DNA of 64,000 nt from Botryllus schlosseri (Eukaryota), in contig CM119372.1 of the NCBI GenBank assembly GCA_051294905.1, forward strand, positions 22,632,001 through 22,696,000, written 5' to 3'. This document shows, piece after piece, positions 37,901 to 50,507 of the stretch. The stretch's first letter is position 1, and every line of letters begins with the position of its first letter. Under the pieces are notes generated by a model. That model was not told where the DNA came from and made no database searches. It saw only the letters and a list, made by a program, of their open reading frames with translations. A program made the translations under genes and the position numbers.

Positions 37901-38412
37901 GATCCATTGGGAAAATTTCCGTGACCTTGCCACCAGTGAAAGGCAAGATGCAACTAATTTTGATATATTATAATAACAATTGGTTATCACAAATTCAATT
38001 ACCAGCTCTACTTAGCTGGAAAGCAAGTTTTAAATGAATATTTACAATAGTGGGATGAAAGGCCCCGCTCCATCATATAGAAAGGCGTGCGACACTGCAT
38101 GGCGCCCCACACATCTCAAATATATTACTTGCATCATTGTGTCTAGATTAGTTAATCCCCCCCCCAAATTATAACAACTATGCTCATACTACGAATCAGT
38201 AGATGGAAATGCATATTATTATCGATAGAGTTTGTTTTATAGCTCCGTAACGTAGCTTCTTTATATTATCAGAGGGTAAGGCATATGAATACCTTTTGAA
38301 CCAGCGCATTATTGGCCTGGCCTCCACTACTCGGCATCAACTCATTTCTAGGTTTTTTGGCAGGCACAAGTGCGGATGATTGCAGTCTTCGCTTCTCAGC
38401 AAGCACCGACAT
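34957..38412 (-). CDS. SNRNP40: U5 small nuclear ribonucleoprotein 40 kDa protein (WD40 repeat)
   Basis: Nine exons with GT-AG sites and consistent phases: 38412-38293, 37878-37749, 37535-37439, 37377-37212, 36647-36525, 36030-35827, 35305-35244, 35184-35081, 35006-34957. Diagnostic peptides: PPRTSSLFAPIMLLTGHE, YQVTAVAF, FSGGIDNDIKVWD, WDVRPYAPQERC, NLLRCSWSPDG, YKLPGHAG, SSDKQIYVGEL. Confidence 0.95.
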
Positions 38413-39254
38413 AGTATATCAATTGATGTAGGCTACTTTTCTGCAAGAATATAGATTGATGTTTCGATTAACATTATTATCACAATACTCCAGTGGTTCC
38501 CCCCAGCGTGGGCGATATCGCCTCCCAGTGGGCGATTCTGAGAAACAAGGGGGCGACAGTGGACGTAAATGTTAGAACGTCAAGTGAGACAAATTCAATT
38601 GCCACGGTCAAAAATGCACGTGAGGATGCCATATTCCTCATATGACGCAAAGAAAACGTCAACTCAACAGAAAGTATATAGACACGGAAACCGGGGGCAT
38701 CCCTAAAAGACGGAGAAGCGGAGACAGCGGAGGAAGCAGAGAACGGACCCTAAAACGCGGAAACAGCGGAGAGAGCCAAAAATGCCGATTCCTAAAAGAC
38801 AGAGATAGCGGAGGAAGCGGAGAGCGGAGCTTTCGGTCATTGACCTTTATAGACATGCGCATACGCAACACTCTAAAACGTGTAGACGGCGGAACATATA
38901 AACTTTCGAGCTAAATAACAATTAAAGGCAACATATGAAGCTGAGATCAGAATCTATGTGAGCGAATAGAATAACGGAAAGTCAGCCATTCGAGTTCAAG
39001 GGATGACGTAGCGGACGGTTATAATATACTGAAAGCGGAGTTCGGGGAGTAGTGAAATATATTTCGAAACAGCGGAGAATAACGGAAAAGTCAGCCATGC
39101 GAGTTTCAGGCCAATTCGGTGACTGATTGCCTCTCGATTAGATGACATAGCGGTCGGTACGGACCGATGACATAGCGGTCGCTACGTACCGATGTGCACC
39201 GCACCCGGGCAGAGACTGGAAAACGCCTGCCGAGATTTTACATGGTCGACAGCC

Positions 39255-39875
39255 GATTTGTTAAGTTTGTGCTCGCCCTTCGACAAATCGAAATCCGTTA
39301 CGCCTGGACAACCAGTCACTCATTTCGAGATTGGTTCCTCGGTTTACGCTCGCAGTTACCGAAGCGGACCAAAGTGGGTTGCTGGCGTGGTGACGGAAAT
39401 ACTGGGGCGTGTTGTGTACATCATAAAAACAGATCATGGGTATTGGAGGAGGCACAAAAATCAACTCCAACCACGCTTGATTTCCACTGGTCATGATACA
39501 GCCACACAGGAAGTTGCTCAGCCGCAACAGCCACAAGCTGAGCAACCATTGGTCAGACATAGGGCACAACGTCCTGTAGATAATCCTGCTCGAACGTCGG
39601 GCAGACGTTATCCGGTTAGAATAAGGAAGCAAACTGATTTCTATCGGCCAACGTAAAGTACCTTGTACCTTTTAACTTACAGGGGGGGACTGTTATGTTC
39701 GTGCATTTTACGTTGGTATCATTTGTCTCTTATTCGTCTAGGATTAGTAATTACCACCAATCATTATTTCCTTGTGTGTCTGCTGCCGTAAAGTTATACT
39801 GCTGATAATATACTGATTTCTTATTGCAACCTCGTCACATTGAGTTATTGTTCAAACAAGATCTAGAACACAACA
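39255..39875 (+). mobile_element. Gypsy 3' end: integrase C-terminal fragment, PPT and 3' LTR (opposite orientation to the 5' half)
   Basis: FEIGSSVYARSY..GPKWVAGVV..LGRVVYIIKT..GYWRRHKNQL resembles a Gypsy integrase C-terminus (stop 39656). PPT AGGGGGGGAC at 39681-39690. LTR 39691-39875 (TG...CA) is homologous to 42680-42295. Left boundary approximate. Confidence 0.85.
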
Positions 39876-42250
39876 AGGTACTCGATACTACTTTTGAAAA
39901 ATTCACATTTCGCGAAGTTGACGGTGAAACCGTACTCGGTGAGGCGCTCAAAGAGTAGCGATAAGTTGCGAAAATGATCGCGTTCATCAATGCCAGTAAC
40001 GATTATGTCATCAATAAAACTAGCAACACCGGGTAAGCCGGCGATCATGGCATCAATACAGCGTTGAAAATTTGCGGGACTAGATGCGACTCCGAAACAC
40101 ATGCGTCGATAACGGAATAGACCAAATTGCGTGTTGATGACACACAAATTCTTCGCATCATCATCTAGTTCTAGCTGAAAATAAGCATCGGCAAGATCAA
40201 TTTTCGTGAATATACAACCACCCTGTAACTTGTAAAGAATTTCATCCAAGGAGGGCAGGGGATGTTGATCCATCTGAATTTGTTGATTCAATCCTTTGAA
40301 GTCACCGCAAATGCGTACTGATCCATTTGATTTAGTGACGGCAACAATTGGTGCTGCCCAATCACTGTAATTGATTGGTTCGAGGATACCTTGATTGACT
40401 AATCTATCCAATTCGGTTTGAACAGCGATTTGCCTTGCGAAAGGCAAAGGGCGTGGCTTGTTGAATACGGGCTTGGCATTAGGTTTCAAGTGAATTGTCA
40501 CCTTCGTCTTGGTGCATCGTCCTAACACATTAGAGAAAACGGAGGGAAATTTGGACTGAAAAGATACCAATTTGTCGTTCGAATCAGAAATGTCAATAGT
40601 ATTACATGATTTCGATTTGACCATCTGCGAGGAAATTGCATCCAAAGCAGACGTCCCCTTAGCGGTCATGGAGAAAGCATTGCTCCAATCGAGACCAAAA
40701 ATGTTTTGCCCACGGTGTTCGTCGAGAACTACCCATTTTAAGCCAACTCGAACTTCAGAACCCACCTGCAGTTACAGTGCAAATACCTTTCACTTTCACT
40801 TTCAAAGGCTTGTCGCAGTACGCTACGAAAGAGCAATGGTATGCTGAGAGTTTCGGAGAGCCCAAAGTTTTGTACCCAGTCAATCCCACCATGGCGGAGG
40901 GTGCACCAGTGTCCCACTGTGTCGGCAACGGAATGCCGTTGATGCTGGAGTTGATCCAGAGCTGGTTTCCTACGTGTCGATATAGTTGATCGATGTCGAA
41001 GGAGAGGAGCGGAACTGAGCAGAAATTGACGGATGTGACCTGTTGCGTGATACTAGGTTTGGTAGACATGCACACAGGTTTGATATGACCTTTACGACCA
41101 CATTTCTGACATACTGAATGTCGATATTGACAGTCTTTTCTCTGGTGATCGATGAAACAGCGGCTGCAGGATTTCAGTCTTTCTGGGAAGTTGCCTTGGT
41201 TGGATTTGGAAGGTTTTTTCCCCTTCTGATAACTTCCCGTCATTTTGTTGACGACTGAAGTGGCTTTACCGCTACTCTCGCCTTGGATAACCCTATCAGT
41301 TTCCAGCGTTCTCACGTATGTTGCGGCTACTTTGAGAACGTCGTCAAGGGATGGATTGGTTTGTGTTAGACAATGCCGTCTCACATCCGCGTGCGGCGTT
41401 TCTTTAATGATGAGATCGCGCATTAGCTCATCAACGTAGCTCTGATCACAGCCATCTCTTGAGCATATGAAGTTGCAATCTTTGGAGATTCCGCGTAGAG
41501 TAGCGATCCAATCGGCGTACGATTGTCCCGGTTGCATTTTACAGTTGTAAAATTCGTACCTGGCTGCTTGCACATGAATGGAGTCCTTGAAGTGTGTAGA
41601 CAACTTCTCAGTCAACGCGTCGAAGGTTTGCGCACTGACATCAGCAGCACCAAACAGATTACGTAGGAGCGAGTACGTTTCAGGTCCGACCCATGAGAAT
41701 AGACACGCTCTTTTTTCCTCCATGTTGGAAATACCGTAAATTGCTAGGTGATGGTTGAATCGTTGCAGATACTGGTCCCATTTCTCCTTTGATTTTACGA
41801 ATGAATCAAACTTGGGAGCGGTAGCTTCAGATGTTGACGCACCGGGGCTCAACCTCTGCACTAATTGCGATATGGCCTCCTCATGCTGCAGCTTTTGCTG
41901 TGCCATATCGTCACAGTGGAATCAAAGTGACTTATGTCCAGTTTTCAAATTTTGAAGGTATATTTTTAAAACTTGAAAAAAGTCAAGTTTTTGGAAAATT
42001 TTTAATTTTTTTCGGCCATATCGTGGCCATGGTTATGTCTGTTTCATTAATTCAAAGTTAATCAGCGCCAATATATCGCTGAAAGAAGATGAAAACTTTA
42101 CGTAAAGTCAATTTTCTCAAAATGCGTAAAATGGACATAAGTCACTTTGATTCCACTGCGACGATATCTTCTTTGTGCTGTGCGCGTTGTTCCGCCATCA
42201 TCTCCTGCTGCTTCTCGAGCAGCTTCAGTATACCTTGAATCCATGCTGTA
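39876..42250 (-). pseudogene. Gypsy gag-pol (gag, protease, RT), frameshifted and interrupted
   Basis: ORFs 40755-41906 and 39863-40765 are offset by a frameshift in the protease region. The gag N-terminus (QGILKLLEKQQEMMAEQRAQHKED|MAQQK) is split by a MITE at 41909-42163. Confidence 0.85.
41909..42163. mobile_element. MITE inserted in Gypsy gag
   Basis: 32-bp TIR CGTC(A/G)CAGTGGAATCAAAGTGACTTATGTCCA flanked by ATAT on both sides. Removing it restores the gag frame GAA GAT ATG GCA. Confidence 0.9.
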
Positions 42251-43543
42251 TCTTCGTCGCAGAAATAACTATGAATCCGACTTCTGACACCAATTGTTAT
42301 GCTCTTGATGTTGTTCGAACAATAACTCAATACCCGGAGTGGAATTGGTGGCAACGGCACGCAGGATTTTCTGTTCAATTGCTTAATTATTCTATACAGA
42401 AAAGCTCTCATCACGCAGGATTTATTTCAAAAAATGGACCGAGATTCCATATAGGCTCAATACGACGAGGTTGCAATAAGAAATCAGTATATTATCAGCA
42501 GAATAACTTTACGGCAGCGACACCATCCAGAGTGCAGTTAAACGAAAGACCACGAGACAACAGAATACAAAGGGTATAAATACGAAGCACGACACACGAG
42601 GAAATAATGATTGGCGGTAATTACTAATCCTAGACAAATAAGAGACAAACGATACCAACGTATAATGCACGAACATAACAGGATCTATATTCTATCTTCA
42701 AGTTTGCTAGAAATACGGCCGATACGTCCCGCATGACACATCTAGTCCAGGATGGACTCCGATGGAGTGCGAAGTAAGCAAAAAACTTCCGCGACTCGCA
42801 TGGTTTGACAACCCTGCTGTATAGAGTTTGTAGTGTATGTAACTGTCAACTCACATAGGGAAATTTGTTACCAAAAGTCTAACGATATACATCATTTCTT
42901 TGTAGACACCGCGATTTTGTCGGATCCCAATAACTTATTTTCTTTGTGATATAGTTAAACCAAGCTCACTGAAGCTGAAAGTGAGTACGTGGCCCCTGTA
43001 GCTGTATGGAATCGGTGTGCTGTGCTCACACTATGTTTTACTCTAATTTTTTATTTTTCATTAATTCACTCCAACTTGGAAAGTCGTCGCTGCTCAACCT
43101 GATATATCAGCCAGGTAAAACGTATACCGAGATTCCAGCAGTCGTGGCCAACTTATACGATTACGGTGCCAAACAGCATGAAATAGCGCTAAAATTTCGA
43201 AATTTCGTAACCGTATGTGTCAATTGGCGACACTGTCCCCAAGCCTCTTCCCGTTTCCAGTAAACTGCACACACAGAATAAACGTTGATATAAACCAGAA
43301 CCACAACTCCAAAACACAGTTTCTTCTTCACAGCCCCTCTGGACAATCGGCGGTATTCGCTATAACGAATCTAATAAGTAGTGCTATTGCCGGAGATGAG
43401 CATTATCTACATCCGAATCCGATGAGAACACAAGGAACGATTGTTGATTTGTACTTTGCAGATACTATAGAGATTGTACAACCTACAACCTCTATACAGA
43501 TACTACGAATGTTGATTTGCACTTTGCAGATACTAGATAGTAG

Positions 43544-43946
43544 TAGGCTTACCTAACTTACCATATTTCGGAAATCTAAAAAGAGGACACTTTTTAAGAA
43601 ATTCGAGACTTGCTAAACCGGAGAAGAATTCTCAAAAATCGGTGAATTTTTCCCACTTTGTGATCGGTTGATAAAAAAAAATGGTCAACTTTCCCGCTCA
43701 GAGCCCAAAATACCGTTTCCGGGTGGCTGACTAAAAAAAAGGTCATATTTTCGCTCAGAGCTCAAAATACCGTTTGCTGTGCTAATTTACGGCATCGCAC
43801 TCGCATTTTGCTCCAAATATGACCTAGATTTTCAAAAAAGAGGACAAAATCTTAAAAAAGAGGACAAAGTGCGTCCTCCGAGGACACTTTCAAAAAAGTC
43901 AAAAAAGAGGACAAATCCTCTTAAAAGAGGACGTATGGTAACCCTA
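43544..43946 (-). mobile_element. TAGGGTTACCATA-family MITE
   Basis: Reverse copy of the 17715 element; perfect TSD GATAGTAG. Confidence 0.85.
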
Positions 43947-44265
43947 GATAGTAGATATTATATCAGAAATGATGAAGATTTTGAAAGGATTGTTATTCCG
44001 AAATACGTTATTTTGCACGGTGAATTTGGATAACTTTTGATGCGACTTATAAATAAATCGGAACCAACATTATTTATCTCAAAATCTGCATTCCATGCTA
44101 AAAATCCAGTGGTTTTCAACCTGCAGCCCCCAGGAAACATTTTCCCGTAAATAAACGTAGGGTTACCATACGTCCAGGTTTAGGAAAATTTGTAAACCTT
44201 TTTCAGGAAATGGGGGATGTTCCCTGATGACGCCTAAATGTCTTATTTTGGGGCAATTTGCCCCG

Positions 44266-44662
44266 GCCCCTCAAATATGTCGGACCTGATGTGTGGAACA
44301 GCATCCCGCCGGCCATCGGACAGTCGACGAGCATGTTCACATTCAAGTCGAAATACAAGCAAATACTACAAAATAAATACTAGTCCACCCTCAAGATTAC
44401 CGGACCAAGACCTGACCTATCGATCTCACCTTCCATGACATGCCACCCTGTTTTTGTCGCTTGCTTTTTTCTATACCATCTTCTTTTACTTTTCATTCAG
44501 TGTAGATGCCTCCTCTTTACATCGCCTATGCCAAAGCGGGTGTCTGATTCCATAGACTACTCCAAGTCGCCTCGACAGCTTCCTATATTTTCATTGTATC
44601 GCATTTTTGTGGTGCATTGAACTGATAAAATTGCTAATATAAGCCAATGATGATGATGATGG
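44266..44662 (+). mobile_element. 5'-truncated LINE (CR1/L2-like): ORF2 C-terminus, 3' UTR and (TGA)n tail
   Basis: Translates as PLKYVGPDVWNSIPPAIGQSTSMFTFKSKYKQILQNKY*, matching the typical WNxLP...FK LINE ORF2 end, followed by the shared 3' UTR and a microsatellite tail. Confidence 0.75.
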
Positions 44663-45429
44663 TGGACAGGGTCAACTGAAAATCGGAATAAATGACGCGG
44701 AATAGGTCCTGCGACCGATCGAGCGGGCCATCGGGCCATTCGGGAGTCGAATCATAGTGATAATCTTTTTTTTAGTCAACACCACAGAAATAACGTAAAA
44801 AAGTGGGCAATGCGGGGGTCGAGTTAAACTATATATTACTATAACCTACAGGTAGGTTAGTAATCGGTAGCTAAAGTGATGACCTTTTTCTAGTCAACAC
44901 AACAAGATTTCCAGTAGGCCTAACTATTTCAAAATCAGCTGTAGGCAGTTTCGGTATTCCAACTTTCAGTATTTTAAAAAAGTGTCCTCCGGATATTAGC
45001 TATGCATATAGCCTATATCGTCTCTTTGTCTAATCTTTATTTTATATTGTGATACATTTGTGTTCATCTCAAGTGGACTAGAGAACGGACCAAACACACT
45101 GGAATAACTTAAATATTCATATGCTATCAATATAATCCCTTTTTGTGCGGTTTAGGGGTTGTAGTCCTGCCTATATAGTCTAGGGTTACCATATTTTTGT
45201 TAGGTGAATTCTGGACACTCTTTAGCGCCTACTAGCGGATTTAAAAATGAGCTATAACTCAATGATTGTCAATATGACGTCACACTAGCAAATTATTGCC
45301 CACCGACTGTGGGAATGGACTGGAACATAGGTCGCGAATTTGACCATCTGTGATGTGAGCTCTGGTGATTGCTACTTGCTAGGGTCTGCAATGGATTTCT
45401 TCACGGGCCGGATGAAATCGTTTGGCGAG

Positions 45430-45954
45430 TAGGGCTGGGCACAATGATTCGAGTACTCGAATCTGAATCGAGTATTAATTTTAATGATTCGAGTCGAGTA
45501 GTAAAAGACGATTTTTTCGAGTACTGAAATTATACGCTCCTCACCACTGAAAGTTGATTTACCAACGAGGAGTTTATCAACGATCAACGAGTTTATGCTA
45601 ATTTCACTGTTGAAGCCTTGAAACCTTGATTGGCCGTATCGCAGCATACGAAACATGAAGTACAAAGTTACGTTACTGGAAATAGCACATTTCCGAAGTC
45701 ATGATCATCCCACAATATTGTCACCAAGTGCAATGAAATCGGTATGGTCGAAAAAAATAACAAAGTATCCCTGATATGATGGATAACAGGCATTATATTC
45801 TTTGTGGTCACTTAAAAGGTACATATTTGAACTTTGACAAATAATATTCTGCTATGACGTCATAATGAGTGATACTCGATTACTCGACTCGACTCGAAGC
45901 ATTTTACGTGATTCAGAATCGAATCACTCAGGTACTCGATTTTGCCCAGCCCTA
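45430..45954. mobile_element. hAT-like MITE (TAGGGCTGGGCA TIR, ACTCGA repeats)
   Basis: TIRs; TSD TTGGCGAG/CTGGCGAG. Confidence 0.82.
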
Positions 45955-46005
45955 CTGGCGAGCCGTGTCTAGCCTGTCGGGATTGTGTTTGACAATCCTG
46001 ATATA

Positions 46006-49000
46006 CAGGGCCGTAACAGCACTTCGTCAGGCCCCCTCCAAAACTTTGGTCCTGGGCCCCCCATAGGGTTATAGACCGAACTTCTGGGGGCTTCGCCCCC
46101 CAGACCCCCCCCCCGCGATTGACTGTTTACAGCAGTGATTCCCAAGTGCGGCCCCCAGAGAGCCTTCTTGCGGCCCCCAAAATATATTAGGAAATCGATT
46201 ATTGACAAAAATAAAATATATATTTATAAAATACTCTTGCTTGACTTGACCTCTGTGGTTTTTAATTATAGAATTGCAGGAAAGTTGTGAGTATAGACTG
46301 CTAGCGTTATGTCACTGCTGTTTCAATGCAATGTGCCCTACCTTTCCAGTTGAACGAGCAGTAGCTATAGATATAAATAGGTATTGATAACTTACAAAAC
46401 CGGAGGAAAATCTCTCCCTCGTGGTCGCTTGAGTAAAAAAGAAAAAGAGGCTCAACTCCCGGAAAATACAGTTTTTCTTTAACATTGAAAAAAAAAACCT
46501 TCCCGGTCCAGCTACGAAATAGCCGCCGTAGCGTTCCTACAGTGCTGACTTGATGTATATCAGTCGAATTTGGCCCTATATGTAACCAAAATCCTCAAAA
46601 GAGAAGACAAAATCTCAAAAAATAAGACATTTGGGCGTCCTCCGAGGACACTTTAAAAACAATCAAAAAAGAGGACAAATCATCTTAAAAGAGGACGTAT
46701 GGTAACCCTATGACAACTATTGATGTGCATCACGTGACTCACGGTTGAATACGCCGAGATGCATACTGCTTAGTCGGCTAAAAGCAGCATAATTGGTAGT
46801 CCTATATTCAGGGCCGTAACTGCCGCACCCCGAACCCCCCAATTTAGGGGGCCGAGCTCGAAGGGGGCCCAAAATTATTTCGTGAATTGGCATAAATTAT
46901 AGACTATTTTTTGAAAATTTATGCATCTTCTTTAAAAATTTTTCGCGCCGGGCGCGATTTTAATTCACCGCATATCTTGATTATTATGGGTACTCTCCCC
47001 AAGAAAAAACACGCTAGATTTATAGAAATGCGCATATCAGCGTTGGCCATGACCGCACCACAACGCACCCAGACATATAAAGTTTTAGGCCATGTAACAT
47101 GTGACTCCAAGAAGTGTGAACGATCGCCAGCGAGAATGCCTTGGCCGTAAAGGACTGCTTTTATGCTGACCAAAAACTTCGAAATACCAAAAGCTTCGTT
47201 ATATATACAAAATACATATAGGTTTATTTGTCCATATAGGTGCCTAAATGACTGGCCCCGAATGTTCTTGTCTTGGCAATCTGAACCCCACAAAACAAAT
47301 ACCATCCTGCAGGAAAGAAAATTATATGCCAGTGAAGAAATACCAATCTGAAATCGTGTGATCTTCCAGTTTAGTAGGTTTGGGCAATTCTACATTTTTT
47401 GATATAGCAGACATCAGGATGTCACGAAATAACATCATGTGAATAAGTCATACCTAGGGGTCTTCCCGCCCGAAGATGTTTAATTTTACGGGGTCTGCAG
47501 TTTCAAGACACCTCTCACTCAGCTCTACCGGTAAATCGGATTACGTGGGCATAAAGACGAGAACCACGCGATTCCCGATCTTATTCACCGATTTTATCAT
47601 GAATTATCGAAATATTCGGGCGTCGCGCTGTCTCAATAAACAGTACAACTTAATTTCGTGGCAAAAGCGAACAACGTCATGCGGGGTCAGTTTATCACCC
47701 TATGGGAGCCCGGGGTCCTGACGAAGTGCCGTTACGTTCCTGCCAACGGGTATACCCCCGGATATGTTTAATTCCTATTGAGGGGGACTATACCTTTACA
47801 AACACACCTCACTCAGCTCTACCGGTAAATCAGATTACGTGAACAGAGACAAGATGAAAATTGATAGCAATACATGCAATTCCCGATCATATTGACCGAT
47901 TCAGTCATGAAACTGAAGAAATTTCTCGCGCTTCGCGCGTTTAGACGAGAAAAGCTGATTCACTCAACGGACACCCAAAGCAGCAGATAACTAGCGGTAA
48001 ACCGTGTGCAGTTTTGAAATCTCGCCAGGGCAATAAAACTACTCCGAAATACCCATGATTACTGTTTGGGTCCGTTTCATAGCCGTAGTATTCGTGCGGC
48101 CCCGACCGTACTCTGAAATTCTAAATTTGGCCCTCACACCCAAAAAGTTTGGGAACCACTGGTTTACAGCCATTCATCATATTCATTGGAAGTTTGTTTA
48201 GTGAATCAGCTTTTGTCGCCTAAGCGCGCTAGGCGCGGAAAATTTCTAGAATTCATTATGTCATCGGTCAGTATGATCAAGAATTGCATATATTGTTATC
48301 AATTTTTATCTTCTCTCTGCTCACGTAATCAGATTTGCCGGCAAAGCTGAGTGAGGTGTGTTTGAAAATGTAGGACCACTCAATAATAATTAAACATCTT
48401 CAGGCGTATACCCGTTGTCACGAACGAAGCAGCACCTCGTCAGTCCCCCAAAAACGTGGGTCTTGGGCTCTCATAGGGTGATGAAACAACCACCCACATC
48501 ACGTTGTTCGCGTTTGTCACGAAATTATCTGTACTGAATCGTGAGCCGGAGCGAGGCGCGAAAATTTTCGATAATTTATGATAAAATTGGTCAATCAGAT
48601 CGGCGATTGCATATATATTATGCGATCAATTTATTGTCCTCTCTACTCACGTCATTAGATTTACCGGTAGAGCTGAGTGAAGTGTCTTGACAGCGGGATG
48701 GCCCGTAAATAATAATTAAACATCTTCGGGCGGGCGGACCCGTTGATATGACTTCGTTACATGATGTTATTTCGTGACGTCCAGTCTGCTACATTAAAAA
48801 ATATAGAATCGCCCAAACGTAGGCTTCTAAACTAAGAGACGCACACGATTTCAAATTGGAATTTCTTCACTGGCATAAAATTTTTCCCAGCCGGATGGTA
48901 TTTGTCTTGTGAGGTTCAGATTGCAAAGACAGGAACATTCGGCGCCAGTCATTTAGGCGCCTATGGACAATTAAACCTATGTATATTTTGTATAGCCTGT

Positions 49001-49329
49001 ATAACGAAGTCTTCTGCATAAGGGCATAGACCTTTTCGGCCAAGCTTTTCTCGCTGCCGATCGTTCTGACACACTTCTTGGAGTCGCATGTTATATGGCC
49101 TAAAACTTGATTGCATGTCTTGGTGGGTCGTGGCGCGGTAATGGCCCAATACCCAATAACATAGAGAAATGGCTACTTGAATTCGCGCGCAGCGCGAAGA
49201 AATTTTGAAAAAATTGCATAAATTTTCAAAAAATACTCTATGATTTATGCTAATTCAAGAAATAATTTTGGGCCCCCTTCGAGCTCGCCCCCCCAATTGG
49301 GGGGTTTGGGTGCGGCAGTTACGGTGCTG
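46006..49329 (-). mobile_element. CAGGGCCGTAAC-family element carrying nested insertions
   Basis: Perfect TSD CTGATATA. Contains element 46133-48161 (CAGTG TIR, perfect TSD GTTTACAG), which contains a MITE end near 46710 and a second family copy at 46809 to about 48003 in opposite orientation. Confidence 0.88.
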
Positions 49330-50475
49330 CTGATATAGTGTTAGGTCGGTGCGGCTATCTGGTTGTGTGTTTTAACCAGGTCCGAAACAACAATTTTCAG
49401 CTCCCTTCCGTCCATAAAAAGCACTGATCTTAGGTCCACCATAGGGTGATCGATGTAACATCTGGTTGTTAAATTTTATAAATGAATTCTGTCAGTAATA
49501 CTTATATTCTTCCAAATAGTAGCCTACTATAAATACACCAGCAGGTTGCACATCAGGTGATTTCCAACCTTTTATGGTCGCGACCTCATTTCGAAGTCAT
49601 TTCGAAATGTTCCGTTGCCCAGCTCAAAGGTGATTACTAAAATATTTCAGCTTGCACAAACTTACTCACGGCCTATTTTGGAAGCTGATTACGTCCAACA
49701 TCTTCGTGATCCCCAGATAAAGGCAAACGACCCTAAAATTTGGAACCACTGGCTATGACGAAAGCATCCAATCGACCTTAACCAGCTCTAGGAGTATACC
49801 GTTAGCTTATAATTGCGATTACAATTAGACTTATTTCAGTAAATGATGGTTATTTATATTTATTTTTGATTGCATTTTTGCGAGGGCGGTGCCTGGTGCC
49901 CATACTAATATCAAAATACGTTGTATTAGCTCGCGTCCGGCGCGAAGAAAAATATCGAATAGCGTAAATCTGATTGAGAATAATATTGTTTATGTTCATT
50001 TGCGAAAAACTTTTGAGCCTACTGCAAGCCTTAAAAATTCCGGACATTTAGGCATATTTTAGAATTTCCTCACGGACGCATTTTTTTTCAGTGAAATTCC
50101 GGACATGTCCGGGAAATTCCGGACGTATGGTAACCCTAATATAGTCTCGCCATCGCCGTTATCAATCCTTACTTGGATAATATTTGTAGGGTTACGCCTA
50201 CGGTGTCCTCATCTAGGGGGAATTTTCTTCCTTTTTCAGGAAATAGGAAATTTCCTTCGGGGACGCCTAAATCTCCTCCTTTTTGAAAATTCGTCCTCCT
50301 TTATAGCTTCGACAGCCAGACTATTGGACAGGCACAACTATAAGTGCCATAAATGACGCGAAATCTGTGTGGCAGTCCTAGTGCTGCTGTTAACCTTGTT
50401 GTTATTGTATCTGTATCTGTATTGTATCCATACCAATTTACATGTTGTGTTTGTTGGTGAGATGAATAAAAGCAT

Positions 50476-50507
50476 ACTGACTGACTGACTGACTGACTGA
50501 CTGACTG
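50476..50507 (+). repeat. (ACTG)n microsatellite after AATAAA, probably a retroelement tail
   Basis: AATAAAAGCAT followed by about 8 ACTG units. Confidence 0.7.

Larger units (their letters stand above)
39876..42680 (-). mobile_element. Ty3/Gypsy LTR retrotransposon, 5' half (LTR-PBS-gag-PR-RT), degenerate and truncated
   Basis: LTR TG...CA at 42680-42295; PBS TGGTGTCAGAAGTCGGAT at 42292-42275; gag with CQKCGRKGHIKPVC knuckle; protease WDTGA; RT motifs WAAPIV, VRICGDF, KIDLADAYFQ, FGVASSP, FIDD. Ends abruptly after KCEFFKSSIEYL. Confidence 0.92.

Noticed and set aside
40755..40765. Programmed gag-pol frameshift
   Set aside because: The shift lies within the protease region after the DTG motif, with no evident slippery site, and the element has other lesions.
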